The notes under the pieces were generated by a model. That model was given only the letters and a program-made list of their open reading frames with translations, was not told the DNA's origin and searched no databases. Positions 47,671 through 55,244 of a DNA stretch of 64,000 bases are shown piece by piece. The DNA is taken from positions 160,001 through 224,000 of the forward strand of contig CP066684.1 in assembly GCA_016432325.1 (NCBI GenBank). Reading direction: 5' to 3'. The translations under genes were made by a program, and so were the position numbers. Positions within the stretch are counted from its first letter, which is position 1. Each line of letters opens with the position of its first letter. Origin of the DNA: Candidatus Aenigmatarchaeota archaeon. GTDB lineage: Archaea; Aenigmatarchaeota; Aenigmatarchaeia; PWEA01; JACQIF01.

Positions 47671-47831
47671 AAGCGCTGCCTGGGAACGAAGCACGCCTTG
47701 CAATAGACGGGCTTTCCTTCCGTTGGCTTGAAAGGCACTTCGCATTCCTGTCCGCATTTGCTGCAGACGGCCTTGTGCATTTCGCGTGGACCGCGGTCAA
47801 AGCCGCGTCCGCCACCAAAACTTCTTTCCAT
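47667..47831 (-). CDS. CxxC-x17-CxxC domain protein, 54 aa
   Basis: MERSFGGGRGFDRGPREMHKAVCSKCGQECEVPFKPTEGKPVYCKACFVPRQRF; AGGTGA RBS. Confidence 0.9.
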   Translation of the reverse strand: MERSFGGGRGFDRGPREMHKAVCSKCGQECEVPFKPTEGKPVYCKACFVPRQRF

Positions 47832-48028
47832 TTCATTTCACCTGTTTGTTTTTCTAGCGAATTAAGATCTCGAGAATTCGGAACGACACGCTCTTTCGAA
47901 ACGCTCTACTCCCACACTCTCTACTGTCTGACTTCGCTGCCCCAGATGGGGATACACACCTATTTAAGCTTCGTTTGAGGCTCTTTTGCAGGCTACTTTT
48001 AAGGGGGATGCGGCATGAAAAAGGTCTT

Positions 48029-48541
48029 ATGCGAAGGGCGTACCTATTGGCAATTCTGTTGGTGAGCGGTTGTATGGCTGTACAGGCGGCGAAGAACGGG
48101 GACACGGTGAGCGTCGACTACGTAGGAAAGCTCCAGGACGGAACGGTCTTTGACACTTCTATAGCGGCCGCGGCGAAGGCGGCAGGCGCTTACAATGCGC
48201 AGCGCGACTACGCGCCGCTCACAGTCAAACTGGGCTCAGGGGGCGTCATAAAGGGCTTCAATGACGGCATCGTCGGGATGCGCGTCGGGCAGACGAAAGA
48301 CGTCACGATACCGCCGGAAGAAGGATACGGTGAAAGCCAGGAAGAGCTCATCATTAACGTCTCTACAGAAGAGCTGCGCCAAGCCGGCATAAACGCCACA
48401 ATAGGCATGGAAGTGGGCTCCAGAAGCGGCGCCCGGGGAAAGATCATGGCCGTCGCCGACGGAAACGTGACCATAGACTTCAACCACCCTCTTGCAGGCA
48501 AGACCCTGATATTCACGATAACCCTGGTTTCGATAAAGTAG
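48029..48541 (+). CDS. FKBP-type (SlyD-like) peptidyl-prolyl isomerase with signal/lipoprotein peptide
   Basis: GDTVSVDYVG..DGTVFDTS, PEEGYG, DFNHPLAGKTL. Confidence 0.92.
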   Translation: MRRAYLLAILLVSGCMAVQAAKNGDTVSVDYVGKLQDGTVFDTSIAAAAKAAGAYNAQRDYAPLTVKLGSGGVIKGFNDGIVGMRVGQTKDVTIPPEEGYGESQEELIINVSTEELRQAGINATIGMEVGSRSGARGKIMAVADGNVTIDFNHPLAGKTLIFTITLVSIK

Positions 48542-48568
48542 TTTAATACAGGCTTGGTAAGGATTGCC

Positions 48569-49363
48569 ATGCTCGATTCCGCGTTGACGCAAATCAGGGT
48601 GCGCATTCTGGAGAAGGTGAAGTACTTCACTGTCCTGCCGCAGCTCAACGGCCAGAGGGCGAAGTATCTCAAATCCGTGATGGACTACTGGACTTCAAGG
48701 CGCGTCACATTCCCTGCAACGACTCTCAGGCTTCGCGGCTCGGTGTTCGCGACGCGCCAGAACAGCATGGACATACCGCACCTCTCGAATCTCTATGAAC
48801 CGCAGACCACCTCGTTCATTCTGGGAGCGAAGCCGAAGATGTTCGTGGACGTGGGCGCGCACGTCGGCCGTTTTACCGTCACGGCCGCGGCCGGAGGCGC
48901 GCGCGTTCTCGCGCTGGAGCCGAGCAGGGAAAATTACAGAACGCTCATGCGTAACATATCGGCGAACGGCCTTGGACGAAAAGTCAACGCGCTGAACATC
49001 GGCTGCTCGAACAGGAAAGGAACCGCGACGCTGTACTTCGTTCCTTCGCAGGAAGGCACGTCTTCCATGAAAAAACAGCGCGGCGTCGGAGAGGCGTGCC
49101 GCGTCGACAGGCTGGACAGTATAGTGCAGAAGGCGGGACTGAAAGCGGAGGACGTCGGCCTGATAAAGATAGACGTAGAAGGCCTCGAAGCGATCGTTCT
49201 GGAAGGTTCGGCAAATATTCTGAAGAGGGGGAAGCCTACGCTCGTGTTGGAGATAATGGAAGACGCGAGAAACAGGAAGATAACGGCGTTTTTGTCCAAG
49301 TTCGGCTATCGTTGCGTGAAACGTTTGGACGGCAAGAACTCCGTCTTCTCCGCGCGGTCATAG
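48569..49363 (+). CDS. FkbM family methyltransferase
   Basis: YEP, FVDVGAHVG, LEP, IKIDVEG.E. Confidence 0.9.
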   Translation: MLDSALTQIRVRILEKVKYFTVLPQLNGQRAKYLKSVMDYWTSRRVTFPATTLRLRGSVFATRQNSMDIPHLSNLYEPQTTSFILGAKPKMFVDVGAHVGRFTVTAAAGGARVLALEPSRENYRTLMRNISANGLGRKVNALNIGCSNRKGTATLYFVPSQEGTSSMKKQRGVGEACRVDRLDSIVQKAGLKAEDVGLIKIDVEGLEAIVLEGSANILKRGKPTLVLEIMEDARNRKITAFLSKFGYRCVKRLDGKNSVFSARS

Positions 49364-50479
49364 CACGAGCAGCACGCTCAACAGCGACGCCAGATAGAAA
49401 CCGAACCCCAGCGTGTCAGCGGCCAGAGCGACTACAATCAGACAGGTCAGCTTGCCCATGTTCATGAGAGTCTCGCGGAAGAGCGTGTAGCCGACGACAT
49501 CGTTTTCCTTGGCGTGGCGAATGAAACTGCGGTATACGGGCAGGTCCGCGCCCAGGGCGACGATTCCCATCGCAAGCGATGCGGCGAGCACGAGGAACTC
49601 CGTTCGGGCGAGAGGCAGCAGGTAGTAGAATGCTGCGAGAGGCACCGCCGTTATTCTCAAGACCTTCGTCGTGCCTATTCTGTCGGTGATGCGGCCGAGA
49701 TAGTTGGAAAAGAATATGGAGCCGACTATCGCGAGGGAACCGGCCACTCCGACTCCGAAGAAATCGCCAAGGACGGCGAAGATGAAGACGGGCCACAGAA
49801 TCCCCTCAATCACCGCACGGAAACCGTCCACGAAGAAACGTATCGCGTAGCGCATGTTCTCTGTCGTTGCATACGAAGACCACGACACTATCTCCGGTTT
49901 TTTGACGTCCTTCGTCGCAAGCAAAGGCAGGGTGGAGAGAGCCACCAGCGTCAGCGCGGAAAGGAAGAGGGCCGGGAAGCCGTAGGTCGTCAGGATGAGT
50001 CCTCCGAGCAAAGGTCCGAATATGGCGGCCGCGCGCACCGCGCTGAAAAGCACGCCCGACTCGGCGCCTTCCTTTCTCTTGTCCGTGGACAGGGAAAAGT
50101 CCGTGTGCAGGCCCATCCAGTAGAGGGAGAGCGCAACGCCGCCCAAGGCCGCTATGACGGACGGGTTGACAGGACTGGTGTCGTAGACGTTCAGCAACAC
50201 GAGCTGCAGCATGAGGAACGGCGCGGAAGCGGCTATGGTGTGCTTGAGACCTATCACGGGCATCAGGCGGACAGTGATGAAGTTGGCGACCATCGACGTC
50301 AGGTACATGACGCCGTAGTATTGCAGCAGCATCAGGGGCAGCGGCATTCCCTTGCCGAGGAAATACAGAGGCACGAACACTCCGACCATGGAAAGCCCGA
50401 ACGAGCGCAAAAACATGTTGGCGAATATTTCGTTCAGCTCGATGTTGAAATGCCAGTACTTCCGTATGGGTTCGAACGT
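49358..50479 (-). CDS. MFS transporter (start ambiguous: ACG 50479 or ATG 50416)
   Basis: About 12 TM, GPLLGG, GRITDRIG motif A; frame open up to 50479 behind GGAGGTGA. Confidence 0.85.
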   Translation of the reverse strand, partial: TFEPIRKYWHFNIELNEIFANMFLRSFGLSMVGVFVPLYFLGKGMPLPLMLLQYYGVMYLTSMVANFITVRLMPVIGLKHTIAASAPFLMLQLVLLNVYDTSPVNPSVIAALGGVALSLYWMGLHTDFSLSTDKRKEGAESGVLFSAVRAAAIFGPLLGGLILTTYGFPALFLSALTLVALSTLPLLATKDVKKPEIVSWSSYATTENMRYAIRFFVDGFRAVIEGILWPVFIFAVLGDFFGVGVAGSLAIVGSIFFSNYLGRITDRIGTTKVLRITAVPLAAFYYLLPLARTEFLVLAASLAMGIVALGADLPVYRSFIRHAKENDVVGYTLFRETLMNMGKLTCLIVVALAADTLGFGFYLASLLSVLLVL

Positions 50480-50543
50480 TTACACGTCACCTCCTTCGAT
50501 TCGTCGCCTAACGTATATATTCTTCGCATAAAAACGTCTTGTC

Positions 50544-51101
50544 ATGGACGGCTGTGTGTTCTGCAAGATAGCCACGAAGGAGATAGCGTCAGAGATAATC
50601 TACGAAGACGACAAGACCCTCGCGTTTCTCGACATCAATCCGATTACTCCCGGCCATACCGTGGTGATTCCCAAGGGCCACGCCTCAAGCATCGTGGATA
50701 TGGACACCAAAGGAGTGCAGGCCGTTTTTACCGCGGTGAGAAACGTCGTGCAGCAGATACAGAAGGCCATGTCTCCTGTCGGTTTCAACTACGGCGTCAA
50801 CCAAGGGCGCGCGGCGGGGCAGGCCATAGACCACCTGCACGTTCACGTGCTGCCGCGCTTTGAGAACGACGGCGGCGGCTCGATACACATGATAGTGAGA
50901 AATCCTCCGCGCAAACAGACGGTCGAAGAGATAGGGGGCACGATACGCGCGGCCTCGGGGTTTGTCCAGAAAGACGAGCCCGCGGAGGAGGCGCCGGCGA
51001 AGAAAGAGGAGCCGAAGGAAGACCTGGAAAAGAAGATGAAAGCGCTTGAAGAAGAGATGTCCAAGCATATCGCGACTCTGAAGAGGATGAGGCGGCCTTA
51101 A
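50544..51101 (+). CDS. HIT family protein with C-terminal extension
   Basis: CVFCKI, FLDINP..GH, AGQ..HLHVH. Confidence 0.92.
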   Translation: MDGCVFCKIATKEIASEIIYEDDKTLAFLDINPITPGHTVVIPKGHASSIVDMDTKGVQAVFTAVRNVVQQIQKAMSPVGFNYGVNQGRAAGQAIDHLHVHVLPRFENDGGGSIHMIVRNPPRKQTVEEIGGTIRAASGFVQKDEPAEEAPAKKEEPKEDLEKKMKALEEEMSKHIATLKRMRRP

Positions 51102-51185
51102 AGCGAAGCTTCAGATCTCCCTGCTGGGAAGGATGCGAGGAGGTCGTAATCGTGTTTTTATTCTTGTGTCGCACACTCGAACCAA

Positions 51186-51466
51186 GCGGCGATAGTCTAG
51201 TGGTTTCCGCGGCAGCTTCATGGCGTACACCGCCCCGCGGAAATTGTAGGACCTTAGCCTTCCATGGCGCCTTTTTGAGCACGTCCGCTCAAAAACCCGC
51301 GGGAATGCACGGAACAAAGTTCCGGCACATCGGGAGCACACTCCCGAATAAAATCCGCTGGCGCACGATGAAAGCTAATGACCCGGGTTCGAACAAGTGG
51401 CACGTGCGCGCGCCCCTTGAACCCCTACGACGTAGGCGTTTCATGAAAATCCCGGTCGCCGCACCA
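51186..51466 (+). tRNA. tRNA-Gly(TCC) with three introns: 20/21 (51205-51247), 37/38 (51265-51372), 59/60 (51394-51449)
   Basis: Acceptor GCGGCGA/TCGCCGC+ACCA, D stem GTCT/GGAC, anticodon stem TTAGC/GCTAA, T stem CCGGG/CCCGG; 74 nt after removal. Confidence 0.88.
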
Positions 51467-51499
51467 ACGTTTATATCCACATAATCATCTCTTTATCGC

Positions 51500-52192
51500 A
51501 TGCCCATAGAACGATGTACGCTCGGAGTGTCCGGTCTTGACCAGTGCATCGAAGGCGGCCTTCTGAGGGGAAGTTCGAACCTTGTTGCCGGAGGGCCCGG
51601 TTCGGGAAAATCCATCCTGTGCATGCAGTTCCTGGTGGACGGCGCCGTGAAAGGGGAAAACGGGATGTACGTCTCTTTCGAGGAGGACGAGACGCAGATG
51701 GCGCAGAACTTCTCCCCTTTCGGATGGGAACTGGACAAGCTGGTGAAAGGCGGCAAGATAATGCTGAAGTATTTCTCTCCGGAGCACGTGGCGACTTACC
51801 TCAAGGCGCCTGTAGACCCCCTGCTGGACACGGTTCGCCAGTACAACGTCAAGAGAATCGTGATAGACTCGGCAAGCGGCTACGAGATACTCTTCGACAG
51901 CGACTACAGCCGCCGCGTCGGCCTCCTGAAGCTCCTCGAAAGCCTGAAAAAATACGGCGCGACCATACTGATAACTTCTGAGCGCGACCTGTCCACGGAG
52001 GCCCCCAACTTCATAGAGTTCCTGGTCAACGGAGCGATAGTGCTGTACAACACCCGGCAGGGCAGCCAGCGCGGCCGCGGAATCGAGGTGCTGAAGATGC
52101 GCGCCACGAACCACACGCAGAAGATAATGCCAATGAAGATAGACAAGAAGGGGATAACGGTCTACCCGGACGAGCTGTTCTTCCAGGCATAG
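51500..52192 (+). CDS. KaiC-like RecA-superfamily ATPase (single domain)
   Basis: G..GLD..EGG, GGPGSGKS, SFEE, IVIDS, VLKMR. Confidence 0.9.
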   Translation: MPIERCTLGVSGLDQCIEGGLLRGSSNLVAGGPGSGKSILCMQFLVDGAVKGENGMYVSFEEDETQMAQNFSPFGWELDKLVKGGKIMLKYFSPEHVATYLKAPVDPLLDTVRQYNVKRIVIDSASGYEILFDSDYSRRVGLLKLLESLKKYGATILITSERDLSTEAPNFIEFLVNGAIVLYNTRQGSQRGRGIEVLKMRATNHTQKIMPMKIDKKGITVYPDELFFQA

Positions 52193-52407
52193 TTCCTTGA
52201 CGTCAACCGTGTCAGAGGACAATCGATCGTTTCGGCAGAAAATGAGACCGGCGTTCTTCCAGAAAAACATCTTCGACTGTCGAACTTTATGGGGGTTCCT
52301 AGCCTGTTGACATAGAATTTTTGAGCGACTGTCGAAACATCTGCTCGACAATACGAATTCTTTATATATCAGCGCGTTGAAAAGAGAAGCGCAAGATTTT
52401 TCTTGCG

Positions 52408-52528
52408 ATGAAAGTTGTCGAGGACAGAATGAAACCTTCGGTTTTCAAACGTCCCCGCGGGAACGCCGTTGAGGGCAAAATGAAAACCCCGGTTTTCAAA
52501 AGTCCCTGCCATAAAATTGTCGAGGACA
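52408..52528 (+). repeat. 51-bp imperfect tandem repeat (about 2.3 copies), each unit a hairpin
   Basis: GAGG(A/G)CA at 52420, 52471 and 52522; cores TGAAACCTTCGGTTTTCA and TGAAAACCCCGGTTTTCA. Confidence 0.75.
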
Positions 52529-52536
52529 CGACAAAC

Positions 52537-52974
52537 ATGGACTCCGTTGACACGAGAGGAAAAATAATAGATCTGGAAGAGCTTCACAACCAGAATGAAG
52601 GAACTGTGACGCTTCATTTCACTCCCACGACTATCGAAAGCATAGACAAGGTCTTTCTGCTGGATTTCGTTTCTGAAAAGAGGCGCGCCTCGCTCTATCT
52701 GGAGGTCGTGAAGAACGAACCGTTCCTGTCTGTGCGCGCGGAGCACGGGGACTTCGTCGAATGGAAACAGAAGGTTGAATGGAAGAACAACCAGAAGGTC
52801 TTCATCGCAGTTTCCTGGGACATGAAAGAAGGCTACCTGAAGGTTTTTGTAGACGAGCAGCCGTTCAAGGCGATAAATTTGAAGTCTCTTGGCTTTGACA
52901 ACATCGGACAGAAGTTAGTCATCGGTTCGGACTACGAGAACCACTATCCGGGCAATTTCAATATTTCTATGTAG
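52537..52974 (+). CDS. hypothetical protein, possible concanavalin A/LamG-like fold
   Basis: EGTVTL, W...FIAVSWD....KVFVD, LVIGSD; frame also open from 52408 through the repeat. Confidence 0.6.
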   Translation: MDSVDTRGKIIDLEELHNQNEGTVTLHFTPTTIESIDKVFLLDFVSEKRRASLYLEVVKNEPFLSVRAEHGDFVEWKQKVEWKNNQKVFIAVSWDMKEGYLKVFVDEQPFKAINLKSLGFDNIGQKLVIGSDYENHYPGNFNISM

Positions 52975-53023
52975 ACAGCGTGTCCTGACTGCGTCTTATA
53001 AGCAACACGCGCGTACGTAACGC

Positions 53024-53347
53024 ATGATACCTCCGCGCTGGCGCCGCATCGCCCGCGAACGCGTCTCGATACTCGTGCGTCTGGCCAGGGAAGAGGCGCG
53101 CGCCCATCCGGAACGCTCCAAACGTTACATCGAACTGGCCATGAAGATAGCGGAAAAGTACAAGGTCCGCCTGCCCAAGAGCGCGAAGAGAAAGTTCTGC
53201 AAGCGCTGCCGCGCGTATTGGATCCCCGGCGTGAGCGTAAGCGTGCGCTTGAAGAGCAGAGAACGCATCATCGCGTACATTTGTGCGTCCTGCGGCTACG
53301 AAAAGAGGTATCCTTACGCCAAAAAGGCCCGGAAAGCGCCAAATTAA
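53024..53347 (+). CDS. rnp4: RNase P protein Rpp21
   Basis: IARER..L, RY, FCKRC...PG, CASCG..RYPY. Confidence 0.93.
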   Translation: MIPPRWRRIARERVSILVRLAREEARAHPERSKRYIELAMKIAEKYKVRLPKSAKRKFCKRCRAYWIPGVSVSVRLKSRERIIAYICASCGYEKRYPYAKKARKAPN

Positions 53348-53385
53348 AGCATATAAACCTGTGAGAGCGCTTTAGGACGGGTATT

Positions 53386-53802
53386 ATGATAACAGCACAC
53401 GAAGCAAATCCGCAGAGGCTCGTCGACGCCGCAAAAGAAGAGCTGAAGAACGTCGCAGCCGTCAAGCCTCCCGCGTGGTCAGCGTACGTGAAGACCGGCG
53501 TCTCGCGCGAACGGCCGCCGCAGCAAATAGACTGGTGGTACTCTCGCGCGGCGTCCGTATTGAGAAAAATATACATCGAAGGCCCTGTAGGCACGCAACG
53601 GCTCCGGAACGTGTACGGCGGTCGCAAGAACAGAGGGGCGCGTCCCGAACATTTTTACAAAGGCAGCGGTTCGTCGGTAAGAAAGATACTCCAGCAGCTC
53701 GAAACAGCCGGCCTCGTCAAGAAAGAAGGCACGAAGGGCCGCGTTGTTACGCCGCAAGGCAAGAAGATGTTGGACATGCTCGCCAAGAAACTGGTCGGGT
53801 GA
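53386..53802 (+). CDS. rps19e: 30S ribosomal protein S19e
   Basis: VKTG..ERPP..DWWY.RAAS.LRK, YGG, RKILQQLE. Confidence 0.96.
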   Translation: MITAHEANPQRLVDAAKEELKNVAAVKPPAWSAYVKTGVSRERPPQQIDWWYSRAASVLRKIYIEGPVGTQRLRNVYGGRKNRGARPEHFYKGSGSSVRKILQQLETAGLVKKEGTKGRVVTPQGKKMLDMLAKKLVG

Positions 53803-53806
53803 GCGC

Positions 53807-54064
53807 ATGGACACGAGCGTGCAGGCAGCGCAGCTGGAAAAGATGAAGAAGGAGATGCTGCGAACGGTCCTGACGAAAGAGGCGATGGAGCGTCTCGGCC
53901 GCGTGCGGCTCGCGAACGCGCTGCTCGCGTCGCAGCTGGAGCTGACGCTTGTGCAGATGGTCCAGACGGGTCAGGCCCGCGGACAGATAACGGACGAGCA
54001 GTTGAAGCACATCTTGGATTCGCTCGCGTCGAAGAAGAAGCCGACAAGAATAACGCGGAGATAA
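53807..54064 (+). CDS. PDCD5-like DNA-binding protein
   Basis: LTKEAMERL, ITDEQLK..L; synteny with rps19e. Confidence 0.9.
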   Translation: MDTSVQAAQLEKMKKEMLRTVLTKEAMERLGRVRLANALLASQLELTLVQMVQTGQARGQITDEQLKHILDSLASKKKPTRITRR

Positions 54065-54101
54065 TGGGGAACTCAACAGGAGCCCCGGAAGAAATTGGTG
54101 T

Positions 54102-54121
54102 CCTGAAACTGCGGTTTCAGG
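54102..54121 (+). repeat. dispersed palindrome TGAAACTGCGGTTTCA, copy 2
   Basis: CCTGAAAC-TGCG-GTTTCAGG in the spacer before rpl39e. Confidence 0.75.
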
Positions 54122-54148
54122 TTTCCAAGCGCGGAAATGGTGAAGTTC

Positions 54149-54322
54149 ATGGGAACAATAAAGCATCGCGGTCTGAAGAAGAGGTTGCTTAGCCGCGCGC
54201 GCGTTACATCCGCTCCTCTCTGGGCCAATTTGCGCAAATTCGGCATCAAGCGCACGAGAACGCGCAGGATACGCGTGGTAGGCCAGAAGCACTGGAGACG
54301 CGACTCGAAGGTGAAGGCATGA
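54149..54322 (+). CDS. rpl39e: 50S ribosomal protein L39e
   Basis: KKRL, PLW, HWRR; GGTGA RBS; synteny. Confidence 0.85.
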   Translation: MGTIKHRGLKKRLLSRARVTSAPLWANLRKFGIKRTRTRRIRVVGQKHWRRDSKVKA

Positions 54323-54729
54323 GCGAACGCGTATACACGATAAACCTTAGCGCCGTCAAGGGAGTGGCGAGAATAGACCGCGCGAAGAAGGCAGTCGTTC
54401 TCATACGGCGTTTCCTCGAACGCCACATGAAGGGCACTGTCATGATAAGCCCGGCTCTCAACGAATATGTCTGGTCCAGAGGCATCAAGAAGCCTCCTGT
54501 CCGCGTGAAGGTCAAGGCAACCAAGGACGGCGAAATCGTAAAGGCCGAGCTCGTTGAAACTGAACAGAGGGTTAGGGCCACCAAGAAAACCAAGAAAGGC
54601 AAGATAGGGTCAAAGAAAGAAACAGCGAAGACAGAGGCGCCTGCAGAGACAAAGGCAGGAAAGAAAATCGAGAAAGCAAGCGACGAGAAGCCTAAAGACG
54701 CCAAGCCCGAAACAGAGAAGAAGGAGTGA
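54319..54729 (+). CDS. rpl31e: 50S ribosomal protein L31e with K/E-rich tail
   Basis: [30 protein letters not shown]. Confidence 0.93.
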   Translation: MSERVYTINLSAVKGVARIDRAKKAVVLIRRFLERHMKGTVMISPALNEYVWSRGIKKPPVRVKVKATKDGEIVKAELVETEQRVRATKKTKKGKIGSKKETAKTEAPAETKAGKKIEKASDEKPKDAKPETEKKE

Positions 54730-54923
54730 TTGTTATTCCTAAGAAAAAGCCGTCCAAATCAAAGCACAAGCACATCCAGATATGGAAGAAGTACAAGGTG
54801 TCTGGGAGCACCGTCGAACGCCCGGTTTCGTGCCCAAGATGCGGTACCGGTACTTTCCTCGCGCAGCACAAGAACCGCTCCACATGCGGCAAATGCGGAT
54901 TTTCAGAGACCAAGAGTAAGTAG
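54726..54923 (+). CDS. rps27ae: 30S ribosomal protein S27ae
   Basis: CPRCG.GTFLAQH..R.TCGKC. Confidence 0.92.
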   Translation: MIVIPKKKPSKSKHKHIQIWKKYKVSGSTVERPVSCPRCGTGTFLAQHKNRSTCGKCGFSETKSK

Positions 54924-54932
54924 GTGTAACAA

Positions 54933-55205
54933 ATGGCAAAAGCCATTTTGAGAAAGGTCGAGTTCAGAAAGATTCCAGAGACGGATAGAGCATTAATAGA
55001 AGCCGAGCTGAATAGACACGCGCCAGGAGAAGACGAAGCTCGTTCAGGCTGGATATTCGATAAATACGGCGAGGTTTACTGGGTCGACAGGCAACACTGG
55101 AACTGGGGCCAGGGCTTCAAAGATGCCGGGGAAGTGGTGGGCTACATCGGCAAGTACTATGAACAGAACGGCGACAAGACGCCAATCAAAAAACCAAACG
55201 CTTAA
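54933..55205 (+). CDS. hypothetical protein
   Basis: AGGTG RBS; aromatic-rich. Confidence 0.65.
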   Translation: MAKAILRKVEFRKIPETDRALIEAELNRHAPGEDEARSGWIFDKYGEVYWVDRQHWNWGQGFKDAGEVVGYIGKYYEQNGDKTPIKKPNA

Positions 55206-55244
55206 ATACGAACGGACGGAACAGAAACTTCTTCCGGTGAGGAC

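Noticed and set aside
49514-50863. 449-aa plus-strand ORF and similar long antisense ORFs (e.g. 8696-9769, 18709-19809)
   Set aside because: GC-rich shadow frames opposite well-supported genes
51105-51484. RNase P RNA, or the 76-161 aa ORFs listed over this region
   Set aside because: No RNase P conserved regions; the sequence is explained by a three-intron tRNA-Gly
52200-52400. Replication origin
   Set aside because: No ORB-like repeats, and no adjacent orc1/cdc6 gene
52408-52530. Mini-CRISPR array
   Set aside because: Units are similar along their whole length with no unique spacers; under 3 copies; no cas genes in the window
54726-54737. ATT start codon for rps27ae
   Set aside because: The GTGA overlap with the rpl31e stop gives an ordinary coupled start
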